A DNA stretch of 64,000 bases from Acinetobacter phage vB_ApiM_fHyAci03: the sequence record NC_049438.1; one strand, written 5' to 3'. How positions within the stretch are numbered: the first letter of the stretch is position 1; every line of letters starts with the position of its first letter. Position numbers and translations under genes: made by a program. Shown here piece after piece: positions 1 through 12,986 of this stretch. Under the pieces are notes generated by a model. The model was not told the DNA's origin. It searched no databases and saw nothing but the letters and a program-made list of their open reading frames with translations.

Positions 1-1377
1 CCAAATACTCCTGAAAGTGGCTTAATAGCTAAAATAAATAGCGCTATTACTCAAACTATTGAAAATAAAGGTAAAATTGTCAATATTGAAGCTGAATTAG
101 CTGAAGCAAACCTTTCAGGATTAGAGTCTAAAGTATCAAATATTCGTTCAGAACTAGGTGGGACACCTAACGGCAAAACGATATATTCTAGGCTTAACGC
201 TATAGAAGATAACGAAGTCGAAGTAGATTCACGAATTGATAAAATTAACGAATCTATTGGCCCAGAAAGTGTTACTAAACGAATAGATTCAGTAAACGTT
301 GAAATTTCTGATATCAAAACCGAAATTAGTGGTACTAATGGCATCAAAGCCTCAATATCTAAATTGGATGATACAGTATTCACAAAGGACACAGGACTTG
401 TATCACGTGTGGCTTCTGTTGAAAATACTTCTAACGCGTTGAATTCAACTGTAAATGATCCGGAATCCGGACTGGTCAAAGCGATAGAAAATATATCATC
501 AACAATAGGTTTGAGTGATTCTTCACCTAATACAATTTTAGGGCGCATTAATACACTTGAGCTCAACACTGGCAATACTGCCACAACTGTTCAAGATATG
601 CAAGTAACACTAGGCGATGGTTCGTCTGGATTAGTAGCTGATGTTAATGCATCGTCAAAATCGCTTTATGGTAATGCCGAAGCTGAAGACCCAGTAGATA
701 AAGCAGGCGTAGTGGCTGCAACAAAAACAGTTTACAACGGTTTGAACACCACTAATGCTGCTGTTAAAGGGCTTTATGATAGATTGAAATATTCCGGATT
801 GACGTTCTCTAGTTTATCTGATGCAACATATACTGATAATGCCGAACAAATTTCATCAATACTGAATATGTCTTTAGCTAAATCAGTGAAGGTAAATGCA
901 GGCGTAGCTCTAATATCACAACAAAATGATTTTCAGGATGCGATCAAATCTGATGTTGTTTTAATTAATATTGGCACGTATGATTATGCATTCAATACAG
1001 TTCTTGGTACAATAGCTGATGCAGTAGATGATTTTTCTGGTAGTGCAACATTCTATAGCGAATTGTATTCATTATTGTCTAAAGTTTCTACAGCTACGTC
1101 AAAATCTAGAGTTTTTGTAACAAATGGATATCGCACCACCCAATTCACGAATGGTGTAAAGTATCCTAATAAAAATACTGAAGGGAAGACACTCGAAGAT
1201 TATTCTAAAGCTATTTTAGATGTGGCCTCTATATTCGGAATTCCTGTTATAGATACTAATAACGAATTAGGAATTCATGTAAAGAATTCTGGATTATTTT
1301 TGAACACAACCGGATTTACGGTAGACGGTTCAAAACGATTTGTCAATTTAGTAACAGGCTTCATAAATTCTAAATAA
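1..1377 (+). CDS. wac: Fibritin-like neck whisker protein, 5' end outside the window. Segmented coiled-coil repeats precede a non-foldon C-terminal globular domain.
   Basis: Frame 1 is open from nt 1 with no stop until 1377. It is Ser/Asn/Leu-rich and heptad-like (e.g. ...NIEAELAEANLSGLESKVSNIRSEL...). It sits immediately upstream of gp13, as wac does in T4. The C-terminal ~170 aa do not resemble the T4 foldon. Confidence 0.55.
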   Translation, partial: PNTPESGLIAKINSAITQTIENKGKIVNIEAELAEANLSGLESKVSNIRSELGGTPNGKTIYSRLNAIEDNEVEVDSRIDKINESIGPESVTKRIDSVNVEISDIKTEISGTNGIKASISKLDDTVFTKDTGLVSRVASVENTSNALNSTVNDPESGLVKAIENISSTIGLSDSSPNTILGRINTLELNTGNTATTVQDMQVTLGDGSSGLVADVNASSKSLYGNAEAEDPVDKAGVVAATKTVYNGLNTTNAAVKGLYDRLKYSGLTFSSLSDATYTDNAEQISSILNMSLAKSVKVNAGVALISQQNDFQDAIKSDVVLINIGTYDYAFNTVLGTIADAVDDFSGSATFYSELYSLLSKVSTATSKSRVFVTNGYRTTQFTNGVKYPNKNTEGKTLEDYSKAILDVASIFGIPVIDTNNELGIHVKNSGLFLNTTGFTVDGSKRFVNLVTGFINSK

Positions 1378-1378
1378 T

Positions 1379-1400
1379 TAAAGGCCTTCGGGCCTTTTGA
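1379..1400 (+). terminator. Rho-independent terminator hairpin (AGGCC-TTCG-GGCCTTTT) after wac
   Basis: GC stem with a UUCG-type tetraloop followed by a T-run, read directly from the sequence. Confidence 0.6.
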
Positions 1401-2326
1401 GGTATAAAATGTTTACAGAACCTAAAACACCGAAACAATTAAAAGATCATATTTTGATGCGACTTGGTGCACCAATCATAAAAATTGAAGTCACTGAACA
1501 ACAAATTATGCAGTGTATTCAACGTGCATTAGAATTATATGGCGAATATCATTACAATGGCTTAAATAAAACATTTATGTGGATTTATGTCGGTGATGAT
1601 GAAACATATAAAAATGGAGTCTTTGACTTAAGTAAAGAAAATATTTTTGCAGTGACACAAATTCTTCGGGGAAATACTGGTGCATTATTAACAATGGATG
1701 GATCAGCAACATACCCATGGGTGTCTGATTTTATTCTTGGGCTAGCCGGTGTAAATGGCTGCTCTACTGCTCAGTCATTTGGTCCTAATGCATATGGCGC
1801 TAATCTTAGTTATTATACTTCGGTTATGCAATATTGGACACAATTACAAAATATGTTAAATCCCGTACCAGATTATTGGTTTAACGATGACACTGGACAG
1901 CTTAAACTTTCAGGCAATTTTAAGAAAGGTGATTACTTATTTTTAGAAGTTTGGGTTAAATCATTTGTTGATACTAGTCATTCAGTTGGAACATACGCAG
2001 GATATGGATATGCTCAAGCTGAACAAGACCAGTGGTCATTATCTGACACATATAATAACGCCAATCGTCGAGTAGAAGGATATAGAGCTGGTGAAAATAA
2101 CGGCACTAAACAAGGTGCATTCAACAATCGCTGGGTAAAGGATTATGCTACTGCATTAGTTAAAGAGCTCAATGGTCAAATTTTGGCTAAGCATCAAGGG
2201 ATGCAATTAGCCGGTGGTACCACAGTAGATGGATTGCGCCTTATCGAAGAATCACGAATAGAAAAAGAACGCTTACGTGAAGAATTAGATTTATTAGCAG
2301 CTCCACCTGGAATTTTAATGGGGTAA
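1397..2326 (+). CDS. 13: Neck protein gp13
   Basis: 309 aa, the same length as T4 gp13. Position wac-13-14-15 is conserved. Confidence 0.8.
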   Translation: MRYKMFTEPKTPKQLKDHILMRLGAPIIKIEVTEQQIMQCIQRALELYGEYHYNGLNKTFMWIYVGDDETYKNGVFDLSKENIFAVTQILRGNTGALLTMDGSATYPWVSDFILGLAGVNGCSTAQSFGPNAYGANLSYYTSVMQYWTQLQNMLNPVPDYWFNDDTGQLKLSGNFKKGDYLFLEVWVKSFVDTSHSVGTYAGYGYAQAEQDQWSLSDTYNNANRRVEGYRAGENNGTKQGAFNNRWVKDYATALVKELNGQILAKHQGMQLAGGTTVDGLRLIEESRIEKERLREELDLLAAPPGILMG

Positions 2327-2329
2327 GAT

Positions 2330-3094
2330 ATGACTACATTCGATAGTAGCTTGTTTGCTAAGCTAGAAGACGGTACAGGATATGATAAAACTAATGTCTC
2401 TGAAGTACTTAACCCATATGTAAATTTCTATCATCATGAAAATACACAAACTCTCCAAGACGTACTTGTTGCAGAAAGCATTCAAATGCGAGGAGTAGAG
2501 TGTTACTATTTGCCATCAGAATTTGTCAATAAGGATGAATTATTTGGCGAGGACCCATCACGAAAATTCAATAAAGCTTGGAAGTTTGCAGCATATCTTG
2601 ACTCGTTTGAAGGATATTCTGGTGGCAACTCATTCTTTAGTAAATTTGGTATGACGGTAAATGACGAAGTTACGATAACAATAAATCCAAATTTATTCAA
2701 ACATCAAGTTAATGGTCAAGAACCAAAGGAAGGAGATTTATTTTATTTTGCTATGGATAAATCGCTCTTTGAGATAACTTGGGTTGAGCCATATAATCCA
2801 TTTTATCAAGTTGGTTCTAATGCTATGCGAAGAATCACTGCACAGAAATTTGTGTATTCAGGTGAAGAGATTAAGCCAGTTCTTCAGTACAATGAAGGCA
2901 TCAATATTCCTGAATTTAGTGAGCTCGATCTTGATCCTGTTCATGCATTAAATGATTTGCATGATATTAAAACTACTCAATATGTTGAAACTGATGCTAT
3001 CAATGACGAAGGCAAAGAAATAATCGAGCCATATGTTGTAGTAAACAATAAAGGTATCATGGGTGGCGGATCTCCATTTGATGACTTCGTGTAA
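2330..3094 (+). CDS. 14: Neck protein gp14
   Basis: 254 aa against T4 gp14 at 256 aa, in the conserved position. Confidence 0.8.
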   Translation: MTTFDSSLFAKLEDGTGYDKTNVSEVLNPYVNFYHHENTQTLQDVLVAESIQMRGVECYYLPSEFVNKDELFGEDPSRKFNKAWKFAAYLDSFEGYSGGNSFFSKFGMTVNDEVTITINPNLFKHQVNGQEPKEGDLFYFAMDKSLFEITWVEPYNPFYQVGSNAMRRITAQKFVYSGEEIKPVLQYNEGINIPEFSELDLDPVHALNDLHDIKTTQYVETDAINDEGKEIIEPYVVVNNKGIMGGGSPFDDFV

Positions 3095-3124
3095 GCATAA
3101 ATACAAATAAAAAGGAGAAGAATT

Positions 3125-3949
3125 TTGTTTGGGTACTGGTACAATTCTTCAATTAGAAGATATTGCGTTTTGATGGGAGATTTATTCTCCCACGTCCAAG
3201 TGATGAGAAAACGTGATAATGGCAAAATTGAACTTATTAAAGTTCCTATCTCATTTTCATCTAAAGAAAGATTTATTGAGAAATTAGACACAGTTACATC
3301 GGTCAATAATGATGGCCCTGTGGCAAAAGTAGAGACTATTCTCCCAAGAATGTGCCTAAATTTAGTTGACATAATTTACAATGGGCAATATAAAACTGCA
3401 CTAACTAATAGAAATGTCAAATCTCCTGCTGGTGGCACCGATATGGTATCGCAATACAATCCAGTGCCAGTAAAATTTTTATTCGAGCTCGGTGTCTACA
3501 CTCGCCATCAAGATGATATGTTTCAAATAATTGAACAGATTTGGCCGTATTTTCAGCCACATTTCTCTACCAAAATGAGAGAACTATTTGGCAATGATAT
3601 TGAATTCGAGCGAAATATTCGTGTAGTTTTACAATCGTTGTCATTTGACAATCAAATTGAAACTGATAAAACTACGCGTAGAAGATTGCAAACTGATTTT
3701 ATTTTTGAAGTCAATGGATGGTTATATCCTCCGGTTGCAGAAATAAAAGGTGAAATTAGAACAATTTATCTCGATCTGTATGCTAATGAAAAGACTCTTG
3801 ACCATGAAGGTGTATTTGAATCGGTGGACACTCAAGTTCGCCCTGTCGATGCGACTATTGATAACTGGAGCGGTACATCAGAGCAAAGTATTTCAGCAGG
3901 AATCCCTATTCCTAAAGCTCCAGAAGAGCCACATTTAAGGAGAAACTAA
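3125..3949 (+). CDS. 15: Tail sheath stabiliser / tail completion protein gp15
   Basis: 274 aa against T4 gp15 at 272 aa. The position fits. AGGAG ribosome-binding site upstream. Confidence 0.8.
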   Translation: MFGYWYNSSIRRYCVLMGDLFSHVQVMRKRDNGKIELIKVPISFSSKERFIEKLDTVTSVNNDGPVAKVETILPRMCLNLVDIIYNGQYKTALTNRNVKSPAGGTDMVSQYNPVPVKFLFELGVYTRHQDDMFQIIEQIWPYFQPHFSTKMRELFGNDIEFERNIRVVLQSLSFDNQIETDKTTRRRLQTDFIFEVNGWLYPPVAEIKGEIRTIYLDLYANEKTLDHEGVFESVDTQVRPVDATIDNWSGTSEQSISAGIPIPKAPEEPHLRRN

Positions 3950-4427
3950 TGGATATTATGCAGCAAATCTTAGATTGTACTGATTTGCCTGGCATGGAAG
4001 GAGAGGAATTGGTAGTTTATCAGCCTCTCGTTCTTGAAGAGGTACAAAGTAATCCAACAAATAGGACACCAGATTTAGAATCTGACTATGCAATTGTCAG
4101 AAAAAACTTGCACTTCCAACAGCAAATGTTAATGGATGCAGCTAAAATATTTTTAGAAACTGCAAAAAATGCAGATAGCCCTAGACACATGGAAGTTTTC
4201 TCGACTTTAATGGGTCAAATGACTAGCACAAATAAAGAGATTCTAAAAGTACATAAAGAGATGAAAGACATCACCAATGAATCAGTAACGGCTGCTAAAC
4301 CCAAAGAAACTGGTTCTGTTAACATTGAAACCGCACAGGTTTTTGTAGGTGGCCCTGCAGAAATTATGGAACGTTATGGCGATGCTTTCGAAACTAAAAC
4401 CCGCAACTTAGAAGTGGTAGACGAACA

Positions 4428-4431
<4 letters not shown>
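3949..4431 (+). CDS. 16: Terminase small subunit gp16
   Basis: Near-identical stretches to T4 gp16 as I recall it (…[49 protein letters not shown]…). Confidence 0.9.
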
Positions 4432-6675
<2,244 letters not shown>

Positions 6676-6702
6676 TTGAAAAATAAATAAACAGGAGTCA
6701 AA

Positions 6703-8679
6703 ATGGCTTTACTATCACCTGGTATTGAATTAAAAGAAAATACCACACAAAGTACAGTAGTACAAAATGCCACTGGACGTGCAGCTATGGCTGGTAAGTT
6801 CCAATGGGGTCCTGCATATCAAGTAATTCAAGTAACAAATGAAGTAGAATTAGTAAACCTTTTTGGTCAGCCTAATAACATTACTTCAGAATACTTTATG
6901 TCGGCGGCAAATTTCCTTCAATATGGTAATGACTTACGATTAGTTCGCGTTGTTAATGAAGACGCTGCTAAAAACTCGAGCCCTATTGCAGGCAACGTTA
7001 AATTCACTATTTCTTCTGCAGGTAATAACTATAAAGTTGGCGATAAGATACTAATCAAATACACGTCATCTGAAATCGAATCTAATGCCCGTGTAACATC
7101 AGTTGATGCTGATGGCAAAATCAAAGGCATCTTTATTCCCACTGATAAGATTATTGCATACGCAAAATCAATTGGGCAATATCCTGCTCTAAGTGATGCT
7201 TGGACTGCTGAAGTTGTATCGTCAACTGGTATCCAAGGTGCAATCAATCTAGGATCAATTGAAACTGATTCTGGCATCATTTTGACTGATCCTAATAATG
7301 CATCTGCCAAAATGACTTCTACTAAATTCCAAGAATCGTTAGCAAAATATGGTATGCCTGGTGTTGTTGCGCTTTATCCAGGTGAAACAGGCGACCAACT
7401 AGAAGTAGAAATTGTTTCTAAGGCTGATTATGATAAAGGCTCGCCAGTTTTAAATATCTATCCTTCAGGTGGCACAAGAGCATCTGTAGCTAAAGGTGTA
7501 TTCGGATACGGGCCTCAAACCGATGATCAATATGCGTTTATTGTGCGTCGCAATGGTGAAGTTGTAGAATCATACATCCTTTCTACTAAGGAAGGTGAAA
7601 AAGACATGTACGGTAGCAACATTTTCCTTGATGACTATTTTGCTCGCGGTTCAAGTAACTATATTTTTGCTACATCAACTGGCTTCCCTAAAGGCTTCTC
7701 AGGTATTATTCGCCTTAATGGAGGTTTATCTGCTAATGAAGCTGTAACTGCAGGCGATTTAATGCTTGGTTGGGACAAATTTGCTGATGCAGAAGCATTA
7801 CATGTCAATTTGTTAATTGCCGGATCATGCGCAGGCGAAGATGCGGAAGTTGCTTCTACCGTTCAGAAACATGTAGTTTCTATCGCTGATGAACGTAAAG
7901 ACTGCCTAGTTTTAATTTCACCACCACGTGAGACAATTGTAAATATTGGCTTACCGAATGCAGTTGATAACCTAATTGCGTGGCGTCAAGGTACCGGTGC
8001 TTATGACACTGCAAACATGAACATCAGTTCAACATATGCATTTATTGATGGCAACTACAAATATCAATATGACAAATACAATGATGTTAACCGCTGGGTG
8101 CCATTAGCTGGTGATATCGCTGGATTATGTGCTCGTACTGATGATATTTCTCAACCTTGGATGTCTCCAGCAGGCTATCAACGTGGTCAATTGTTAAATG
8201 TTGTCAAGTTGGCTATCGAACCTCGTAAAGCACAACGCGACCGTATGTATCAAGATGCAATCAATCCAGTTATTGGTGCAAATGGCGGAGACGGATTCGT
8301 GTTGTTTGGTGACAAAACTGCAACAAAAGTTCCTTCACCATTTGACCGTGTAAACGTGCGTAGATTGTTCAATATGCTTAAAAAGAATATTGGGGATTCA
8401 TCTAAGTTCCGCTTATTTGAAATAAACGATGCATTCACACGTAGTTCATTCCGTATGGAAACTTCTCAATATCTTTCAGGCATTCGATCTTTAGGCGGTG
8501 TATATGATTTCCGAGTAGTTTGTAATGAGACTAATAACACACCGGCGGTTATTGATCGAAATGAATTTGTTGCAACATTCTACATCAAACCGGCCCGCAG
8601 CATCAACTTTATTCAATTGAACTTTGTTGCTACTGCAACATCTGCAGATTTTGATGAATTGATTGGCAAACAACAATAA
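6703..8679 (+). CDS. 18: Tail sheath protein gp18
   Basis: 658 aa against T4 gp18 at 659 aa. The N-terminus MALLSPGIELKE is T4-like. Confidence 0.9.
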   Translation: MALLSPGIELKENTTQSTVVQNATGRAAMAGKFQWGPAYQVIQVTNEVELVNLFGQPNNITSEYFMSAANFLQYGNDLRLVRVVNEDAAKNSSPIAGNVKFTISSAGNNYKVGDKILIKYTSSEIESNARVTSVDADGKIKGIFIPTDKIIAYAKSIGQYPALSDAWTAEVVSSTGIQGAINLGSIETDSGIILTDPNNASAKMTSTKFQESLAKYGMPGVVALYPGETGDQLEVEIVSKADYDKGSPVLNIYPSGGTRASVAKGVFGYGPQTDDQYAFIVRRNGEVVESYILSTKEGEKDMYGSNIFLDDYFARGSSNYIFATSTGFPKGFSGIIRLNGGLSANEAVTAGDLMLGWDKFADAEALHVNLLIAGSCAGEDAEVASTVQKHVVSIADERKDCLVLISPPRETIVNIGLPNAVDNLIAWRQGTGAYDTANMNISSTYAFIDGNYKYQYDKYNDVNRWVPLAGDIAGLCARTDDISQPWMSPAGYQRGQLLNVVKLAIEPRKAQRDRMYQDAINPVIGANGGDGFVLFGDKTATKVPSPFDRVNVRRLFNMLKKNIGDSSKFRLFEINDAFTRSSFRMETSQYLSGIRSLGGVYDFRVVCNETNNTPAVIDRNEFVATFYIKPARSINFIQLNFVATATSADFDELIGKQQ

Positions 8680-8684
8680 TAAAC

Positions 8685-8698
8685 GGGCCTTCGGGCCC
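8685..8698 (+). terminator. GC hairpin GGGCC-TTCG-GGCCC after gene 18, with no T-run, so a weak terminator or RNA-stability element
   Basis: Perfect 5-bp GC stem with a UUCG-type tetraloop immediately after the gp18 stop. Confidence 0.4.
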
Positions 8699-8716
8699 TC
8701 AATTTAAGGAAATATA

Positions 8717-9208
8717 ATGGAACTTACAGATTTACTCAGAGCATTTGAATCTGGTGACTTTGCACGTCCTAACTTGTTTGAAGTTGAAATTCCTTTCTTA
8801 GGCAAGAATTTTAGTTTTAAATGTAAAGCAGCTGCTATGCCACCAGCTAACGTCGATAAAATTGCAGTCGGCTTCCAAAACAGAAAGTTGCATGTAGCCG
8901 GCGACAGAACATTTGATGACTGGACGGTAACAATTTACTCAGATGACAAACATCAAACTCGCCAAGACATTTTAGATTGGCAAAATCTATGTCATGGGCA
9001 AGGTGCAGAAATTAGTGGTGCAACCCCAGCCGATTATAAAAAGACTGCAATCATTCGCCAGTTTGGACGAGACGGCAAAACGATCACTAAAGAGTATACA
9101 ATTTATGGTCTATGGCCAACTCTTGTAGGTGAAGTGCAATTAGACTGGGACCAAAACTCGGAAGTAGAAACATTTGAAACTACGTTTGCATTAGATTATT
9201 GGCTATAA
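8717..9208 (+). CDS. 19: Tail tube protein gp19
   Basis: 163 aa, the same as T4 gp19, in the conserved position after 18. Confidence 0.9.
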   Translation: MELTDLLRAFESGDFARPNLFEVEIPFLGKNFSFKCKAAAMPPANVDKIAVGFQNRKLHVAGDRTFDDWTVTIYSDDKHQTRQDILDWQNLCHGQGAEISGATPADYKKTAIIRQFGRDGKTITKEYTIYGLWPTLVGEVQLDWDQNSEVETFETTFALDYWL

Positions 9209-9223
9209 GTGAAATCCGATTGG

Positions 9224-9231
9224 TATAAATA
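9224..9231 (+). promoter_or_regulatory. Late promoter TATAAATA upstream of gene 20, embedded in an 8-bp inverted repeat (TCCGATTG…CAATCGGA)
   Basis: Exact consensus 38 nt upstream of the ATG. The flanking inverted repeat was read directly. Confidence 0.5.
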
Positions 9232-9268
9232 AACTTATATCAATCGGAACCACTCTGTAGGAGGATTT

Positions 9269-10822
9269 ATGCAAGATGTGAACGATTTGAAAATGTTCGC
9301 TTTTTGGCAAAAAGTTGATACCGCAGAATACGATCAAATTATTAACAATAAAGCAGAGTCAATTACTGCTCCAAAATTTGACGATGGTGCTACAGAAATT
9401 GAATCTACCGATGCAGCATACAACGGTGTATTTAGACAACTTTATGGTAATCAAGACCCTAACGTTACATCAACAAAAGAATTAATCAATACTTATCGAA
9501 GTATGCTTAATAATTATGAAGTTGATAATGCGGTTCAAGAAATTGTCTCTGATGCAGTAGTGTATGAAGATGGGTATGATGTTGTATCATTGGACTTAGA
9601 CCAAACAAAATTTTCAGAAAATATTAGAGAGAAAATTTTAGAAGAATTTAACGAAGTTCTCAACATGTTAAAATTCCAACGAAAAGGATCTGATCATTTC
9701 AGGCGTTGGTATGTTGATTCTCGTATATTTTTCCATAAAATCATTAATCCATCTCGTCCTAAAGATGGAATTATTGAACTTAGACGCCTTGACCCTAGAC
9801 AAGTGCAATTTATTCGTGAAATCGAAACTGTTACTGAAAAAGGTGTTAAAGTTGTCAAAGGATATCGTGAATACTTTATCTATGACACACAAAATGATTC
9901 GTATAACTGTGGCGGCCAACATTTTGCAGCAGGGACAAAGGTTAAGATTCCTTACTCTGCAATGGTGTATGCCCATTCAGGATTAACAGATTGTTGCGGC
10001 AAAAATATCATCGGGTATTTGCACAGAGCTGTAAAGCCAGCAAACCAGCTTAAATTGCTTGAAGACGCAATGATGATATATCGTCTTACTCGTGCACCGG
10101 ATCGTCGAGTTTTTTATATCGATACCGGTAATATGCCAGCACGTAAAGCTGCCCAGTATATGCAACACATTATGAATTCTCACCGAAATAGAATTTCATA
10201 TGACGCTTCAACCGGTAAAATTAAAAATCAAGCAAATATGATGGCCTTGACAGAAGATTATTGGTTGCAACGTCGTGATGGTAAAGCTGTAACAGAAGTT
10301 GATACTCTTCCTGGAATGTCTGGGATGAATGAAATGGATGATGTCCTCTATTTCAGAAAGGCATTATACATGGCTTTACGTGTTCCTCTGTCAAGAATTC
10401 CAGATGAACAATCACAAAATGTGTTTGATATGAGCACAGCTATTTCTCGTGACGAGCTTAGATTTGATAAGTTCATAATGGAATTACAACACAAATTTGA
10501 AGAAGTTTTCCTTAATCCTCTCAAAAGCAACTTATTGCTTAAGAGAATCATCGACGAGGATGAGTGGGAGAATGAAATAAATAATATCAAAGTCGTATTC
10601 CACAAAAATTCCTATTTCACTGAAATGAAAGAAATGGAAATTATGGAACGCCGAGTCAATGCGCTGAATTTGGTTGAACCTTATGTTGGAAAATATATTT
10701 CTAATCAAACTGCAATGAAACAATTCTTGCATATGTCAGATGAAGAAATTGCAGCAGAGCGTAAGATTATTGACGAAGAGCTTAAAGATAAAGTATATAA
10801 CCCACCAGAAGAGGAACTATAA
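9269..10822 (+). CDS. 20: Portal vertex protein gp20
   Basis: 517 aa against T4 gp20 at 524 aa. Position follows 19. Confidence 0.9.
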   Translation: MQDVNDLKMFAFWQKVDTAEYDQIINNKAESITAPKFDDGATEIESTDAAYNGVFRQLYGNQDPNVTSTKELINTYRSMLNNYEVDNAVQEIVSDAVVYEDGYDVVSLDLDQTKFSENIREKILEEFNEVLNMLKFQRKGSDHFRRWYVDSRIFFHKIINPSRPKDGIIELRRLDPRQVQFIREIETVTEKGVKVVKGYREYFIYDTQNDSYNCGGQHFAAGTKVKIPYSAMVYAHSGLTDCCGKNIIGYLHRAVKPANQLKLLEDAMMIYRLTRAPDRRVFYIDTGNMPARKAAQYMQHIMNSHRNRISYDASTGKIKNQANMMALTEDYWLQRRDGKAVTEVDTLPGMSGMNEMDDVLYFRKALYMALRVPLSRIPDEQSQNVFDMSTAISRDELRFDKFIMELQHKFEEVFLNPLKSNLLLKRIIDEDEWENEINNIKVVFHKNSYFTEMKEMEIMERRVNALNLVEPYVGKYISNQTAMKQFLHMSDEEIAAERKIIDEELKDKVYNPPEEEL

Positions 10823-11022
10823 TGGATGATATTATCAAAGCCATTGCTTCCAACGACCTAGTAAAATTTAAGCGTTGCTTTAATGAAGCTATGGCAGCAA
10901 AAGTTGGAAACGTTTTGGCAGAAGAAAAATTAAAAATTGCCAAATCAGTCATGATTGAAGGCGAAGATAAAGTCGTTGATGATGAAGATGATGACAATGA
11001 CGACGATGAGGACGAAGAGTAA
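10822..11022 (+). CDS. 67: Prohead core protein gp67 with an acidic C-terminus
   Basis: Small protein ending in a [14 protein letters not shown] acidic tail. ATGA overlap with gp20. T4 order is 20-67-68-21. Confidence 0.7.
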   Translation: MDDIIKAIASNDLVKFKRCFNEAMAAKVGNVLAEEKLKIAKSVMIEGEDKVVDDEDDDNDDDEDEE

Positions 11023-11450
11023 TGTTGATTATTGTTGAAAACGAATTAGTTTTTGATAATGTTTCAAATCTTTTACCTGAGGCCCAAGAACGTTTAAATG
11101 GATTTTCAACAATTTTTGAAAAGGATGAAATTGTAAAGATTGTTGAAAATTTAGCAAAAACTGAGCCTGAACTTGCTGTAGCTATTGGTTCTCTCGTTGA
11201 AGATGTTCCTTTAAATGAATTCATGGTCAAACATGTAAGTGCTAAAGGTGAACTAACAAAAACTAAAGATCGTAAAACGCGCGAGCGTAATGCATATCAA
11301 ACAACAGGTTTATCAAAATCTGAACGCCGTCGTATTGCACGCAAGGCAGTCAAAACGAAAAAGGCTAATCCTTCTGAACAAATTCGTACACAAAAGAAAA
11401 TCAAAAGAGCTCGAGCTAAACGCAAGAGCATGTATGGACTTAAACCATGA
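11022..11450 (+). CDS. 68: Prohead core protein gp68
   Basis: 142 aa against T4 gp68 at 141 aa. Basic C-terminus. Position fits. Confidence 0.7.
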   Translation: MLIIVENELVFDNVSNLLPEAQERLNGFSTIFEKDEIVKIVENLAKTEPELAVAIGSLVEDVPLNEFMVKHVSAKGELTKTKDRKTRERNAYQTTGLSKSERRRIARKAVKTKKANPSEQIRTQKKIKRARAKRKSMYGLKP

Positions 11451-12094
11451 GCAATGAACCTCAATTGTTAATTGAGCATTGGGGACAGGCATCAGAAATT
11501 AATGATGTTTCAGCTTTTCAACTGGATGAATCAACAGGTAAAGGATTACCTCCTGGACTTTATATTGAAGGAATTTTCCTTCAAGCGAATGTTGTTAATC
11601 GCAACAAACGTTACTACCCAAAGGCTGTTTTAGAAAAAGCCGTTGATAAGTATATTAAAGAACAGGTCAGTACAAATCAAGCATTAGGTGAATTAAATCA
11701 TCCACCTCGTGCTAATGTTGACCCAATGCAAGCCGCTATTATTATCGAAGATATGTGGTGGTCAGGCAATAATGTTATGGGCAGAGCAAGAATTATTGAA
11801 GGCGATCAAGGAGCCGGCGATAAATTAGCTGCCTTGATACGTTCTGGGTGGAAGCCTGGAGTGTCTAGTCGTGGTCTTGGAAGTGTCAAAGATTCTGGGC
11901 GTGGATATAATATAGTCCAAGATGGATTCAGATTGACAGTTGGCGTCGATGTTGTTTGGGGCCCAAGTGCACCAGATGCATGGGTAAAACCTTTAGAGAT
12001 CACAGAAAGCGTAAATGAAGATGCAAATGTAGCACAACCTCAGAACGCTGATTCAGCATTCAAGACGCTTATTAACAACTTGAGTGCATTATAA
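11447..12094 (+). CDS. 21: Prohead core protease gp21
   Basis: 215 aa against T4 gp21 at 212 aa. Position fits. Confidence 0.85.
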   Translation: MSNEPQLLIEHWGQASEINDVSAFQLDESTGKGLPPGLYIEGIFLQANVVNRNKRYYPKAVLEKAVDKYIKEQVSTNQALGELNHPPRANVDPMQAAIIIEDMWWSGNNVMGRARIIEGDQGAGDKLAALIRSGWKPGVSSRGLGSVKDSGRGYNIVQDGFRLTVGVDVVWGPSAPDAWVKPLEITESVNEDANVAQPQNADSAFKTLINNLSAL

Positions 12095-12097
12095 ATA
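12090..12097 (+). promoter_or_regulatory. Late promoter TATAAATA upstream of gene 22
   Basis: Exact consensus overlapping the gp21 stop, 26 nt upstream of the gp22 ATG. Confidence 0.5.
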
Positions 12098-12123
12098 AAA
12101 TTATATTAAAACAGGAAATCAAA

Positions 12124-12957
12124 ATGCTGAAAGAACAATTACTTAAGGAAGCTCAAGAAATTGAAGTTTCCGTAGAATTAGACGGTATTTTTGAATCAGT
12201 AGAACTTTCTGAAGAAATGCAACAGAATTTTAAAACTGTATTCGAAGCTGCTGTTAAGAAAAATGCCGCAACTTTAGCTGAAGCGCATATTACACAAATC
12301 GCCGAAAAGGCTGATGAACGTGTTAATGAAGCAGTCGAAGAGCGTTCTAAGGCTATCGAAGCTAAACTTGTTGAATGTGCTGATAAATTATTTGAGCATA
12401 CTGCAAAAGAATGGCTTGCTGAAAATAAAGTCCAAGTTGAACGTGGTATCAAGGCAGATTTATTCGAATCAATGTTTGAAGGTCTCAAAGCTTTGGTTGT
12501 AGAACATAATGTTGTTTTACCTGAAGAATCAGTTGATGTTGTAACTGAAATGGAAGAAGAACTCCAAGAACATAAAGAAGAAAATTCAAAATTGTTCAGT
12601 GCCTTAACTGAAGCTCAAGATGAATTAAAAACTTTGAAACGCGAAATTGCCGTAAATGAAGCAACAAGTGAACTTACTGAAAGCCAAAAAGAAAAAGTTC
12701 ATGGCTTAATTGAAGGCCTTGAATACGGCGATGCATTTGAAGCCAAACTACAAGCTATTGTTGAAATGGCAACTACCTCTAAGCAACCCGCTACAATTGT
12801 TGAAAGCACAAGCGACACCAATGAAGCCGAAATAAATAATACTAATAGCGAAGCAGATGGATTAAACTACATTGTGGAAGAGCATAAAGAGCCTGAAACA
12901 TCTCCAGTACCAAATGCAAAAATCAACTCATATGTAGCAGCTGCAAAACGCTTCTAA
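12124..12957 (+). CDS. 22: Prohead scaffolding core protein gp22
   Basis: 277 aa, highly charged Glu/Lys-rich helical protein, in the conserved position. Confidence 0.8.
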   Translation: MLKEQLLKEAQEIEVSVELDGIFESVELSEEMQQNFKTVFEAAVKKNAATLAEAHITQIAEKADERVNEAVEERSKAIEAKLVECADKLFEHTAKEWLAENKVQVERGIKADLFESMFEGLKALVVEHNVVLPEESVDVVTEMEEELQEHKEENSKLFSALTEAQDELKTLKREIAVNEATSELTESQKEKVHGLIEGLEYGDAFEAKLQAIVEMATTSKQPATIVESTSDTNEAEINNTNSEADGLNYIVEEHKEPETSPVPNAKINSYVAAAKRF

Positions 12958-12986
12958 TAAAAAATTATTCATAAAGGTAATAAAAC

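Noticed and set aside
51-584. 177-aa minus-strand ORF
   Set aside because: It lies entirely antisense within the continuous fibritin-like reading frame and has Ser/Leu-rich low-complexity composition typical of a shadow ORF.
7029-7310. Small antisense ORFs inside gp18 and gp20 (7029..7310, 8250..8438, 8491..8676, 9668..10183)
   Set aside because: They are embedded antisense in strongly supported structural genes and are typical AT-rich shadow ORFs.
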